Source: Leucoraja ocellata (taxonomy: Eukaryota). Taken from it: a stretch of 64,000 nucleotides of DNA. Shown piece by piece: positions 9,885 through 23,854 of the stretch. Made by a program: the position numbers and the translations under genes. A model generated the notes under the pieces. That model ran no database searches. It saw nothing but the letters and a program-made list of their open reading frames with translations, and was not told the origin of the DNA. Location of the stretch: positions 186,001 through 250,000 of the forward strand of contig JAWMAR010001442.1 of the NCBI GenBank assembly GCA_036785375.1, given 5' to 3'. How positions within the stretch are numbered: position 1 is the first letter of the stretch; each line of letters starts with the position of its first letter.

Positions 9885-10260
9885 AGTCGGTGTACAGATA
9901 TCCCCCTGAGAGAGAGGGACATCTGTCAATGTAGATATCCCCTGCCTTGGGAGAGAGGGGCTAAATTTCACCGGTCAGTGTACAGATATCGTGGTGAGAG
10001 AGAGGGACTGAGAGAGACCGGTCAGTGTACAGATATCGTGGTGAGAGAGAGGACTGAGAGACCGGTCAGTGTACAGATATCGTGGTGAGAGAGAGGGACT
10101 GAGAGAGACCGGTCAGTGAACAGATATCCCCCTGAGCGAGTGGGACTGAGAGACCGGTCAGTGTACAGATATCGTGGTGAGAGAGAGACACGGACTGAGA
10201 GAGACCAGTTAGTGCAGATATCCACATTAATGAGAGGGACTGAGAGACACCAGTCAGTTT
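9885..10260. repeat. ~45-48-bp tandem repeat (ccggtcagtgtacagatatcgtggtgagagagagggactgagaga)
   Basis: About 7-8 visible copies directly upstream of the VH promoter. Confidence 0.88.
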
Positions 10261-10879
10261 GAGTTGAGTTTATTGTCACATGTACCGAGGTACAGTGAAA
10301 AGCTTTAGTTGCATGTTAACCAGACAACAGACGGACAATACATGATTACAATTGAGCACAGTGAGCTGAAACATGATGAAGGGAATAACATGAATAAAGT
10401 TCAGTGCAAGATAAAACCAGTAAATTCTGATCAAAGATAGTGCGAGGATCTCCAATGAGGTAGATAGAGCACAGAAGTCAAGCTACAACAGCCAGTCGTG
10501 ATGCTATGAATGAAGTCCATCTACGCCTATATCAGCGACAATCTACAACAATGTATGACCATACCGGCGACATGCTACGACCATACTAATGACATGCTAC
10601 GATCATACCGGTGACATGCTACGACAGCTGGCGACCATCGGCAACAGTTGACGTGACTAGCTACACCAGGCTACAACAGTGGCTCCTCCATGAGTCTCCT
10701 TTTCTCCAGGAGACGGCCCACCCAGTGTCTTCGGCTCCTGAAACAGCTCAGGGGGAAGCCTGGTGAAGTGTCTGAAGGCAGCCTCATCTTCTTGCTGGAG
10801 CTCAGTCATCAGGTTGTCATATTGGCCCAACCTGGGTCTCTACAGGGACAAGGGCTTCAACCACACACACATCTCTTCT

Positions 10880-11493
10880 TGGACTTCCTCTTTACTTGGG
10901 GGACCTCGGGTGGAGAGTGCTGCACAGAGCGGTGGCGTGTAACAAACTTTTGAGTCGGTTCACGGACTCGTCCGCTGCCTGTATTTTTTGTGGCGAGGAA
11001 GAGACCGTGTTCCACATTTATATGGAGTGTGAGAGGCTACTGCCCCTGTATCAATATCTGAAGGGGTTGTTCCTAAAGTTCTGGTTACATTTTAGTCCTA
11101 CGATTCTTGTGTTTGGACACAAGGCAGGGTGTGGGGAGAGCCAAGTGGGAGGGTGGGACCTACCTGTCGGTCTACTCCTGGGCCTGGCCAAGATGGCCAT
11201 ACGCGGGTCTAGGCAGCAGCAGATGGATGGTCAGGCAAGAGTCGGCTGCTTGCCCCTCTTTCGGGCCTACGTCCGTGCACGTGTGTCCCTGGAGAGGGAA
11301 CATGGGGTGTTCACGGGGACTTTGGAGGTATTCCGTGGGTGCTGGTCACCGCGTGGGGTTGAGAGTATTGTGAATAATGATTGTAATGTTGTACTATAAT
11401 GACACGATATAATGTAAGTTTGTTTTGTGTATGACTTGATCTGTTGTATTATTTGATGTGTTGAATAAAGTCTTTGAAAAAGGAAAAAAAAAG
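10880..11493 (+). mobile_element. Tx1/L1-clade LINE 3' end
   Basis: ORF 10896-11399 has a CIFCGEEETVFHIYMEC zinc knuckle, followed by AATAAA and an A-rich tail at 11464-11493. Confidence 0.85.
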
Positions 11494-13019
11494 AGAGACA
11501 GAAAGCTGCAGAGAAACTGTAAGCAGTGTGAAGTTAGCCCCCTGAGAGAGATTGACAGGGAGAACCCATGCAGTGAGAGAAAGGGACTGAATTGATAAAA
11601 CTTATTAGCAGAATCTTCTGCCTCCACTAACCTTGGAAGAATCAATGTGAACCAGAATATCTTGGGTGGAAGGAGGATTAAGAACAGAAGTGCAACACTA
11701 AGAGAAGCAGTCGCACTGAGAAACAGGAGGCTGCCCAGTCAAGAGAGCAGCCAAGTGCTCAATGGCAGGAAATCCCAGGGAGAGACGTTCTGTGGAGCAT
11801 CTGTTCCTACTTCAGAATGGTCTCACAACAGTTCTAAATCATGCACCTCCAACAGACATAGAGCAACAAACACAGCTCAATCCAACTCCCATGGCAGCTA
11901 AACAGATGTCCTGTTACCCTTTCAACCTCACTTTTACCATTGCCATTTGTCCTTTTACAGGAACTTGGGACAGTTAATGGAGATGTCTTGAGGACAGTGC
12001 GTATTATGGGCATGGCGGTGGTTGATGTCCTCAGGCATATGACAGTAGATATGAAGATTGTACAAAACATTGACGTTTGGAATGCATTAGCAGGGGACGT
12101 TGTGGAAGCAGATACGACAGCAATGATTAAAAGGCATTTAGAGATAGATTAGACATTCAGTATTTTCTTTCTCTCGGTGGACCATAGTAAGGCATTTGAA
12201 AAAGTTCTCCATGGTTGGTTGTCCAAGAAGGTCAAAATGCACGGCCTTCAGAGAGATTTTGTCATCTGGGTCAATACCTGTTTACTGATAGAAGACAGAG
12301 GGTTGTGGTGAAGGTCGTTATTCAGAGTGGAAGTCTGTGACCAGCTGAGCTCTGCAGGGATCTGCGGACAGTGAGCAAGGATGTTAAAGTATAGATCTGC
12401 GAGGAGGATGCTATGAGGCTGCAGGGTGACTTGGATTGGTTGGGTGAGTGGGCAGATGCACTCTACAGTATAGTCGATATATATCAGCTCAGAAATGGGC
12501 AAAGAAATGGAAAATTAGGTTTAATCTGACTAAATGCTGAGTTGTTTTTCTAAAAATGACCGATATTCTCCACACTTGCATGAAGCATATCTCTGTCTTC
12601 AGACTCAGTCCTATTGGTCAGTTATCTTTTCAGTAATGTAAGAATTGTTTATAGGTGTTGGTATTTAAGTCAGGGACATATTTCCATATGTCAAGCAGCC
12701 TGCTTGTTCTTTTTAGCAAGTCTGTTCCCTGTGGGATTCCCCCTGTTCAGATTAAGACAAGCTGCCATCTCCAACAGGAAATCTGAGGTGAAGGAAATAG
12801 TGCCCACATCACTGTCCAGTTTCACACACCCGTCAACAGTCAAAATATGAAACATGTTTCTGGTAAATCAACAGCTGCATGCAGAGATTGTGTTCAAATT
12901 TGTCCCATGCATAGAGGATCATTAAAAAGGTTCTTCACCCCTACAGCCCATCCCCACTCTCTGCTGATCTGTGTTTGAACTCCATTTATCCACCTTGGAT
13001 AAATGGAGTCCTTTAATCA

Positions 13020-15115
13020 CCAAAGAAGGTGGCTCAACTGTGGCTAACAAGGAAAATGAGGGATAGTGTTAAATCCAAGGAAGCGGCATATAAATTGGCT
13101 GGAGGAAGCAGCAAACCACAGGATTGGGGGAAATTTAGAATTCAGCAGAGGAGGACAAAAGGGATTAATAAAGAGGGGAAAAATAGTATGAAAGTTTGCG
13201 GGGAATATCAAAACTGACCGTTAAAACATTTTTTGGTACTGTACTGTATGTGAAGAGGAAAAGATTAGTGACGACAAATGTAGGTTCCTCAAAGTCAGAA
13301 ACAGATGAATTTATAATGGGAAACAAGGAAATGGTAGACCAGTTAAACAAGTACTTTGGTTCTGTCTTCACTAAGGAAGACACAAACAATATCCCAGAAA
13401 TACTAGGGGACTGAGGATCTGGCGTGATGGAGGAACTGAAGGAAATTGACATTAGTCATGAAATGGTGTTGGGTAAACAGTTGGGACTGAAGGCCGATAA
13501 ATCCACAGGGCCTGATGGTCTGCATCCCAGAGTACTCAAGGAGGTGGCCATAGAAATTGTGAATGCATTTGTGATCATTTTCCAATGTTCTATAGGCTCT
13601 GGATCAGTTCCTGAGGACTGGAGGGTAGCTAATGTAACCCCACTTTTTAAGAAAGGAGGGAGAGAGAAAACAGGGAATTATAGACCAGTTAGCCTTCCAT
13701 TGATAGTGGGGAAGATGCTTGAGTTGATTATTAAATATGTAATAGCAGCGCATTTTGCAGGCTCGAAGGGCCGAATGGCCTACCCCTGCACCTAATTTCT
13801 ATGTTTCTATGTTTCTATGTTTCTATTTGGAAAGCAGTGACAGGATCGGTCAAAGTCAGCATGGATTTATGAAGGGGAAATCATGCTTGAATAATCTTCT
13901 GGAAATTTTTGAGGATGTAACAACTAGAATGGATAAGGGAGAGCCAATGGATGTTGTGTATCTGGACATTCAAAAAGCCTTTGACAAGGCCCACACAAGA
14001 GATTTGTGTGCAAAATGAGAGCACACAGTATTGGGGGTAGGGTACTGACATGGATAGAGAACTGGTTGGCAGACAGGAAGCAAAGAGTAGGAATTAACAT
14101 ATCCTTTGGCAGGCAATGACAAGTGGGGTGTCGCAAGGCTTGGTACTGGGACCCCAATTATTTACAATATAGATTAACAATTTAGACAAGGGAATCAAAT
14201 GTAACATCTCCACGTTTGCAGATGATACAAAGCTGGGTGGCAGTGTGAGCTGAGGAGGATGCTAAGAGGCTGCAGGATGACTTGGATAGGTTGGGTCAGT
14301 GGGCAGTTGCATGTGGATACATGTGAGGTTATCTACTTTGGTGGTAAGAACAGGAAGGTGGATTATTATCTGAATGGTGTCAGATGAGGAAAAGAGGAAG
14401 TGCAGCGAGACCTGGGTTTCCCTGTACATTAATCACTGACAGTAAGCATGCAGGAACAGCAGGCAGTGAAGAAAGCTAATGGCCTTCATACCGAGATGAT
14501 TTGTGTAAATGAGCAAAGTCCTACTGCAGTTGTGCAGGGCCCTGGTGAGACCGCACCTGGAGTATTATTGTGTGCAGTTTTGGTCTTCTAATTTGTAGAA
14601 GGACATTCTTGCTATTGAGGGAGTGCAGAGTAGGTTCACCAGGTTAATTCCCAGGATGGCGCGACTGACATATGATGAAAGAATGTGTCGACTGGGCTTG
14701 TATTCACTGGAATTTAGAAAGATGAGAGGGGATCTTATAGAAACATATAAAATTCTTCAGGGATTGGATAGGCTAGATGCAGGAAAAATGCTCCCGATGT
14801 TGGGGGAGTCCAGAACCAGAGTTTCAGAAAAAGGGGTAGGCCATTTAGGACTGAGATGAGGAAAAACTTTTTCACCCATCAAGTTGTGAATCTGTGGAAT
14901 TCTCTGCCACAGAAGGCAATGGAGCCCAAATCGCTAGATGTTTTCAAGAGAGTTAGATATAGCTCTTTGGGCTAACGGAATCAAGGGCTATGGGGAAAAA
15001 CAGGAACAGGTTACTGATTTTGGATGATCAGCCATGATCATATTGAATGGTAGTACTGGCACAAAGGGCTGAATGGCCTACTCCTGCACCTGTTTTCTAT
15101 GTTTCTATGTTTCTA
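13020..15115 (+). mobile_element. CR1 LINE, ORF2 decayed, with 3' tail
   Basis: GPDGLHPRVLKE, NYRPVSL, QHGFMKGKSCL and FADDTK motifs; (tttctatg)n tail at ~15095-15113. A short CR1 3' end is nested at ~13757-13825. Confidence 0.92.
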
Positions 15116-15419
15116 ACATTCTGTCCATATGGAAACTTTCAACTGAACCCCAGTCTTGACAGCTTCCAGGGGCAGTTCTGGGTTACCAATATCCTGGATG
15201 CCATGTTTATGTTTTTGTCCTTGTTTGGATCCACGGCAGAGGAAGCAGATTCTTCGTCTGCTCCAGTGCATCCAGTGATTATTTTAATCTCCCCAATTAC
15301 ACCTTCAATTCTCCTCACCTCAGGGAGCATAGAACCAGACCTGATATTCCAACCACTTCTCTCCCACTGCCACTGTCCCTGGAGGGGATGCACCCGCTGC
15401 ACCACCTCCAATACACACA

Positions 15420-15730
15420 TCCGTCTTCACTAAGGAGGACACAAACAATCTTCCTGATGTACTAGTGGCCAGAGGATCTGGGGTGACGGAGGAACAGAAG
15501 GAAATCCACATTAGGCTGTAAATGGTGTTGGGTAGACTGCTAGGACTGAAGGTTGATAAATCCCCAGGGCCTGATGGTCTGCATCCCAGGGCACTTAAGG
15601 AAGTGGCTCTAGAAATCATGGACGCATTGGTGTTCATTTTCCAATGTTCTATAGATTCAGGATCAGTTCCTGTGGATTGGAGGGTAGCTAATGTTATTCC
15701 ACTTTTTAAGAAAGGCGGGAGAGAGAAAAA
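15420..15730 (+). mobile_element. CR1 ORF2 internal fragment
   Basis: KSPGPDGLHPRALKEVA...PLFKKGGRE. Confidence 0.85.
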
Positions 15731-15994
15731 TTGAGTTTAGTTTCTCCCGTGCAGATGAGGTGAGACACGGCAGTGGTCCCAGCACCAACCCCCCTCCCTT
15801 TTCTCCCCCAAGGCACGGCACATACATCCCACCCTCACCACCAGCGGCTCTATGTCCGTCGGCCGTTCTGTCCACACCCCATGGAGTTTTAACCCTGGCC
15901 CGTAGCCAGGAACTGACCGGGTGAGTGGGGGCGTCGGTGCCTCATCCGGAGCCGCGGGGATGAATCTCGGGCTAAGGGTCCGCTTTGATGCCCG

Positions 15995-16127
15995 ACACCC
16001 GGGTCACTGACCCTCACCTCCCCCGGACCCCCGGGTCACTGACCCTCACCTCCCCCGGACCCTCGGGTCACTGACTCTCACCTCCCCTGGACCCTCGGGT
16101 CACTGACCCTCACCTCCCCTGGACCCC
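15995..16127. repeat. ~32-bp tandem repeat (gggtcactgaccctcacctcccccggacc..) x4
   Basis: Visible tandem copies. Confidence 0.85.
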
Positions 16128-17519
16128 AGCTGGACAAGGAGCACCTGGGCCAGCCCGCATTCCCGAGAGGGAAATGCTCCCCGGGCATCGCCAAGTCTCC
16201 GCTCACTCCGGATGTTTTCGCTGCTTCACTGACACACACTCTCACACACACACACACTGGCACACACAAGGTTTAAAGGGATGTAGGCCAAATGCGGATA
16301 AATGGGACTAGTTTAGATGGGGCATCTTGATCTGCATGAAGAAGTTGGGATGAAGGGCCTGTTTCCATGCTGTAAGAGTATGACACATTGTAGAAAGGGT
16401 GTAATTGCTCTGGAGAATATCCAGGGGTGATTTATGAAGATGTTGGCAGGGCTGGAATTTTTTTTTCATTTTGAAGAAATATTTGATAACTGTGATTGTA
16501 TTCTCTGCAGTAACGGAGATGAAGGAAAAACTTAGTTGAGGTGAAAAATATTATGAGAATCGGAACTATTTTGCTTAACAAACAGTGTAGGAAGGAACTG
16601 CAGATGCTGGTTTAAACTGAAGATAGACACTAAAAACTAGTAAAACTCAGCAGGACAGGCAGCATCTCTGGAGCGAAAGAATGGGTGATGTTTTGGGTCG
16701 AGACCTTCAGACTGAAGAGGTTGAAACGCAATGATTTGAGATGTGTGTTATCCAGCTAAGGGCAGAAATCAGAATCACATGTTCATCTTTATTGACGTGA
16801 CACGATAATAAATATATTACAGAAAAAATAATTTAATGGTGGCTCAGCAGTAGAGTTGCTGCCTTACTATTACATGGGTTTTCTCTGGATATTCCAGTTT
16901 CTCCCATATCTGAAAGAACTGCTGGTTTGTAGGTTAATTGGCTTCTGTAAATTGTCCCTGGCGTGATGGACGTAACTGGTATATGATAGATTGCTGGTCA
17001 GTGTGGCTTTGGTGGGCTGAAGTGCCTGTTTCCATTTATATTTTTTACATATATATCTTAATTTTATTGAGCCATATATGATTGAATATGCGGCATTATT
17101 TTCAACTTGTTTCTAAATTCAAAAGGTAAGGTTGATTGATTTATTTGTACAGACAGTGGTGGAAGTCCGACTCTTGCCTTAGTTCTCTGTGTTTTTCTCT
17201 CTATATATATATGCATAACAGAATGAATATAATCTGATTTCCATACATGAATATAGTCATTCATGTGCTGCACCAAGTGCTGTTGATCAGAGCCTGGCTC
17301 TATTGTGGAATGTAATCAGGAATGCAATTCAGCCTAACCTTATTCATACCTAATCCAATTTAAAGCATAAATGTTGCATTCAAGTGTTAGTTAAAAGATT
17401 CACTACAGTATGCACCAGATTGCACAATTTAAAGCTGAAAAATGCGAAAGCTCCCTACCGTGGGAGGGTGGGGGGATAATTTCTCACTCTCAACTCTCAC
17501 CCAATGTTGGCAGCCCTAT

Positions 17520-18320
17520 TAAATGTGAGGTTATCCACCATGGTGGCAAAAACAGAAAGGCAGAGTATTATTTGAATGGTGTCAAATTGGGAAAATGGAA
17601 AGTACAATGGGATCTGGGGGTCCTTGTACAGCAGTCAATGAAAGTAAGCATTCAGGTACAGCAGGCAGTGAAGAAAGCGAATGGCATGTTGACCTTCATA
17701 ACCAGAGGAAGTGAGTATTGGAGCAAAGAGGTCCTTCTACAGTTGTACAGGGCCCGAGTGAGACCACACCTGGGGTATTTTGTGCAGTTTTGGTCCCCTA
17801 AATTGAGGAAGGACATTCTTGCTATTAAGCGAGTGCAGCGTAGGTTCACAAGGTTAATTCCCAGGATGGTGGGACTGTCATATACTGAGAGAATGGAGCG
17901 GCTTGGCTTGTATAATCTGGAATTTAGAAGGATGAGAAAGGATCTTATTGAAACATACAAGATTATTAAGGGTTTGGACAAGCTAGAGGCAGGATATATG
18001 AACCTGATGTTGGAGTAGTCCAGAACCAGGGGCCACAGTTTAAGAATAAGGGTAAGGGATTTAGAATGGGATGAGGGAACACTTTTTAACCCAGAGAGTT
18101 TGAGTCTGGGGAATTCTCTGCCTCAGAGGGCGATGGAGGCCGGTTCTCTGGATACTTTCAAGAGAGAGCTAGATAGGGCTCTTAAAGATAATGGAGTCAG
18201 GGGATATGGGGAGAAGGCAGGAACGGGGTACTGATTGTGGATGATCAGCCATGATCGCAGCGAATGGCGGTGCTGGCTCAAAGGGCCGAATGGCCTACTC
18301 CTGCACCTATTGTCTATTCT
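17520..18320 (+). mobile_element. CR1 LINE 3' portion
   Basis: Most of ORF 17410-18018 is CR1 ORF2 C-terminus; the 3' UTR ends gaatggcctactcctgcacctattgtctatt. Confidence 0.9.
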
Positions 18321-19249
18321 TCCTGAGCGGTGCTGCCCGGAATCACACCCAGAGCTCCAGATGTGGTCTAATTCTATTAAACAGCTGTTTAAACCCCACC
18401 CCCTTTGTATCCCAGTGATTCCCATCAACTGAGGCACGTTAAGAGCGTTAGTTTAAATTCAAGCTCAGGATTAAACCAAACCTAGCAATGGTCTCTCAAC
18501 ACAAAGCAAACCTTCCTGCTTTGTTCTTGTGCCCAATGCAATTGGTCATTTTGTTATGGAATCACAGTCAGCTGGGGTGCATATTTCCGAAGATCTTTCC
18601 TGGTCCCAGCACACTGATGCAATCATAACGAAGGCACATCAGCTGAGAAGATTACGGAGAGTCGGTTTGTCAAGGGGGACTCTCTCAAACTTCCACAGGT
18701 GCACAGTAGAGAGCATACTGACTGGTCATAGAACGGGATGAGGGAACACTTTTTCACCCAGAAAGTTGTGAGTCTGTGGAATTCTCTGCCTCAGATGGCG
18801 GTGGAGGCCGGTTCTCTGGATACTTTCAAGAGAGAGCTAGATAGGGCTCTAAAAGATAATGGAGTCAGGGAATATGGGGTGAAGGCAGAAATGGGGTACT
18901 GATTGTGGATGATCAGCCATGATCACAGCGAATGGCGTTGCTGACTCGAAGGGCCGAATGGCCTACTCCTGCACCGATTGTCTATTGTCTATCCTTCCAG
19001 ATTGGTGCTGCCCGGAATCACACCCAGAGCACCAGATGTGGTCTAACCAGAGCTCTATTAAACAGGAGCATAAAGCCCACCCCCTTTGTATCCCAGCGTT
19101 TCCCATCAACTGAGGCACGTTAAGAGCATTGATTTAAATTCAAGCTCAGGATTAATCCAAACCTAGCAATGGTCCCTCAACACAAAGCAAACCTTCCTGC
19201 TTTGCTCTTGTGCCCAATGCAATTGGTCATTTCCTTATGGAATCACTGT

Positions 19250-19926
19250 CTGTCAGCTGGCGTGCATATTTCCGAAGGTCTTTCCTGGTCCCAGCACACT
19301 GATGCAATCATAACGAAGGCACATCAGTGCCTCTACTTCCTGAGAAGATTACGGAGAGTCGGTATGTCAAGGAGGACTCTCTCGCACTTCTACAGGTGCA
19401 CAGTAGAGAGCATACTGACCGGTTGCATCGTGGCTTGGTTCGTTAACTTGAACGTCCAGGAGCGGAAAAGAATGCAGAAAGTTGTGACCACTGCCCAGTT
19501 CATCATCGGCTCTGACCTCCCCACCATCGAAGGGACCTATCGCAGTCGCTGGCTCAAAACGTCTGCCAACATCATCAAGGACCCACACCATCCTGGCCAC
19601 ACACTCATCTCACCGTTGCCATCGGGAAGAAGGTACAGGAGCTTGAAAACTGGAACATCCAGGTTCAGGAACAGCAACTTCCCCACAGCCATCAGGCTAT
19701 TAAAAATGCCATCAAACAAACTCTGAACAATAGCAGCCTATTGCAACATATCCGGTTATTTATTGTGTATATATATGGTCTATGGTCTACAGACACACTG
19801 AACTTTTATCTCCTTTTCTGTACTATGTTTACATATTCTGTTGTGCTGCAGCAAGCAAGAATGTCATTGCCCTATCTGGGACACATGACAATAAAACTCT
19901 CTTGACTTGACTGGACTTGACTTGAG
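19250..19926 (+). mobile_element. Rex1/Babar-type LINE 3' end
   Basis: [33 protein letters not shown]...HHPGHTLISPLPSGRRYRS, then AATAAA and a (cttga)n tail. Confidence 0.85.
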
Positions 19927-20939
19927 TGACTACTGCATCTGCCACGCATCTGCCCACTCACTCAACCTGTCCAGGTCACCCTGCAACCTCCCAACATCCT
20001 CTTCACAGTTCACACTGCCAGCCAGCTTTGTGTCATCCGCAAATTTGCCAGTGTTGCTCCTAATTCCCTCTTCCAAATCATTAATATATATGGTAAACAG
20101 TTGCGGCCCCAAAACCGAGCCTTGCGGCACTCCACTCGCCACTGCCTGCCATTCTGAAAAGGACCTATAATTGCATCAGTGTGCTGGGACCAGGAAAGAT
20201 CTTGTTGTAATATGGCAGAAACTCTCCTCTGTACTGATCTGTGCTGCATCTGCTATGGAGTGCTGATGGGAAAGTGTTCAGGACCCATTACAAATAATCT
20301 GCTCCAATGTGATAATTGTGTTCTGAAGAAGCTTCATGTTGTACAAAATCACTTTGTAAAGACAATGATACCAATGGGGGAAAGGAGGCTTCGGGGCTAA
20401 AGTGTTTCAGATTCGCAATAAGAAAGTTACTTTTCCCACAGGATTTAAAAAATAAAGGTATTCTACCTATATATTACCTATAATATCTTTCTTTTGTTAC
20501 CTCAAACTAAAAATACTAAAGGCAGCGCTACAAAATAACGTGCTGGAGTAACAATGGGTCAGGCAGCATCTCTGGAGAACATGGTTGTCATGTTTCAGGT
20601 TGGGATTCTTCTTCATTGATTGAGGTGGTGGGGTGTGTGTGGGGGGGTGCGGTGTGGGGTGTGGGGGGGGGGGGGGGGGGGGGGTGGGGTGCGGGGTAGG
20701 ACAAAACCTGGCAAGTGATAGGTGGATAGAGGTGAGGGAGATTATCGATAGGAATTGCAGATGCTAGTTTACACTGAAATAGGCCCAAAATGCTGGAGTA
20801 ACACAGCGGGTCAGATAGCATCTCTGGAGAAATTTCGGGTCAAGACCGTTCTTCAGACTGAGTCAGGGGAAAGGGAAACTAGAGATATGAAAAGGTACAA
20901 AATAAATGAGAGCCATCATCGATGACTCAGGAAAGGTAG

Positions 20940-21520
20940 AGCCCACAATGGTCTATTGTTGGCTGTGGATGAAGTGATAATAAAGGGATACGAACCATGA
21001 AACTAGCAAGTTGTCTCGGGTGGTGGAGGGAGGGAGAGATAGGGATTGCAAGGGACCCCGACAGTCCTCTTAGGTGAGGCAGAGGTTCACGCACCTCATC
21101 CAACCTCCAATGTATCGGCGAGACTAAGCACAGACTGGGCGATCATTTTGCTGACACACCTAGGCTCAGTCCACCTTGGCCTACGAGACCTACCAGTTGC
21201 CAAAGATGTTAACTCCTCTTCCCATTCCCACATTGACCTTTCCGTCCTGTGCCTCCTCCACTGTCAGACTGAGGCCACATGCAAATTGCAGAACTAGCAC
21301 CTCATATTATGCTTGGGCAGCTTACAACCCAGCGGTATGAATATTGATTTCTCCAACTTCAAGTAACCCTTGCAATCCCTCTCTCGCTTCTCTCCTCAGA
21401 CTGAAGAAGGGTCCCAAGCTGACACTTCCCCTACCCATTTTCTCCAGAGATGCTGCCTGACCTGTTGAGCTACTCCAGCATTTTGTGTCGATCTTTGGTA
21501 CAAACCAGCATCTGCAGATC
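20940..21520 (+). mobile_element. Penelope-like element fragment
   Basis: Inverse-orientation relative of the GIY-YIG region at 24194-24520. Confidence 0.7.
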
Positions 21521-22457
21521 ATTTTATTATATTCTGTAATACAATATCATGACTGCTAATGGCAGACAAATTGAACCTGCAGAAATTAAATAAACCCATT
21601 GAACAAATCAACACCTCACAATACCATCCATGGGCCACAGACTGCCACATGTTTATCTGGCTTTAAGAGGAGGGAGATCCACTTCATTAAATTTCATTAC
21701 ATTATCATTTGCATTAACGTGGATGAAAACTTCATGAGGTATCAAAGACAGCCATTGATTTACTTGAATCGCAGCAACCATTTGTTATTAATAACTGCCA
21801 GATGTCTGAAACTCTGATAACATTTCGACCCAGTCCTTCTCCTTACACTTCCTCATAGGTTGCACGGGCAGGTTTAATTTGAGCAGGGGGCCCTCCCAGC
21901 AGAGCTGTTACTACAAAGAATAAGCATACTGCTTTACATATGAAAAAAATAATTCTGATGCTGTGTTTTGCACTAACAGGTTCATGTTTACCCCACGAAA
22001 TGGGGCTGAAAGAATTAAAACCAATGGGCAATGACGACCCTCTCCGCATTTCAGTAAATTTGCCACGTTTAGAAATGGGCTCAAAGTGATGGTGAATTTC
22101 ATTGATCATGATTACACTGATTAATGGGAACAAGCTGTCCAGATGTACGTACACCTGCATTTTAGGTTCTGTTGGAGCTGAGAGACTCCCACCAGCAACT
22201 TATTCTGTGTTTACTCGAGCTGATCATAGAGATCTACCCTGATGACTGTAGTTAAAGTGATCGGGTAGATGGGAATTGGCAGCATCAAAGCAATAAACTA
22301 AGGACAAACTAAAAAGTTGTGACAAGCTGCCTTTACAGCATTACAAAATGCCGTGGGCAGAATCCCTGCAGAATGTGTTTGACCTGATGTTTGCTGATGA
22401 GAACCAAGGCTGCTCAGTGAATCAGGTTTAAGACTGAAGCAGCAGCCAGGGCCACAA

Positions 22458-22910
22458 TCAATAGACAATAGACATTGACAATAGACAATAGATGCAGGAG
22501 TAGGCCATTCGGCCCTTCGAGTCAGCACCACCATTCAATGTGATCATGGCTGATCATCCCAAATCAGTACCCCAGTCCTGCCTTCTCCCCATATCCCCTG
22601 ACTCCACTATCTTTAAGAGCCCTATCTTGCTCTCTCTTGAAAGTATACAGAGAACCGGCCTCCACCGCCCACTGGCAGAGAATTCCACACTCACAACTAT
22701 CTGTGTGATAAAGTGTTTCATCATCTCCGTTCTAAATATCTTACCCCTTATTCTTAAACTGTTGCCCCTAGTTCTGGCCCCAACATTGGGAACATGTTTC
22801 CTGCCTCTATCGTGTCCAAACCCTTAATAATCTTATATGTTTCAATAAGACCCCCTCTCATCCATCTGAACTCCGGAGTATACAAGCCCAGCCTCTCCAT
22901 TCTCTCAGCG
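22458..22910 (-). mobile_element. CR1 LINE 3' end
   Basis: (caatagac)n tail on plus and ERMERLGLYTPEFR on minus. Confidence 0.85.
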
Positions 22911-23854
22911 GAGGTGCTGGGGGAGAACATGAAGTAGTGAGTGGGGGCGGGAGAGGGAGAGGGGGAGGGTCGGAGCCGCGTCTGGGTTGTCAATGTGATC
23001 GGGACAGAAAGGTCAGTGTGGGAATGGGAGGGGTAGTTAAAGCGTTTTGCAACCAGGAGGGTCTGATACAGTGCTGCATCTATAAACTAAACTAAAAAAG
23101 GTTTTGACTGTCTGGTTAAGAGATGAGCCCATGGGCTCACTGGTCTGAGGGCTATAGAAAGAATCTTGCACTTTGCTGACTTTCACAAGCAATGTTAAAC
23201 TGAGACCAACGAGGTAACGACAATAGTTTGTTTTAGAGAGATGGCATGAAAACAGGCCCTTCTGCCCACCGAGTCCACACCAACCAACGATCACCCATAC
23301 ACTAGTCCTATATCCTTATAGGGCAGTGGAGGCCAAATTACTGGATGGATTTAAGACACAGTTAGATAGAGCTCTAGGGACTAGTGGAATCAAGGGTTAT
23401 GGGGAGAAGGCAGGCACAGATATTTGGCTTAAAACCAGAGATGGGATGAGGCTGGAAATGTTCGTGAGCAGGTGGGGCAATTTACAGCAAAAATCTTTCC
23501 TGATACCTGATGTTGCTCAATGTACTGCGGGATTCTTATTTTAGTTCCTGATCTAACGAGGAGCAATAAAGTGAAGTCTGGTCCTAGTCTCTTCCACTAG
23601 TGGAAAAATCCTCTCCACATCCACTCTATCCAGGACTTTCACTATTCGGTTTCTCAAGTTTCTATGAGGAGCCCCCGTCATTCCTCGAGGCAAGCAAGGT
23701 CCTTTACGGTCTGAGGTCCTTTACAGTTTGTAGAAAGGGAACATAAGTCCTATTTTCCCATATAGTGTCTTAAACTGATCATTGCCTGCTGCCTCTGCAA
23801 ATGGTATGTGCTTATTAGTATCATGAGGGAATGTGGTTCACATACATTGACAGT

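Noticed and set aside
9885-10260. CRISPR-like repeat array
   Set aside because: Eukaryotic locus, contiguous units without unique spacers, and no cas genes.
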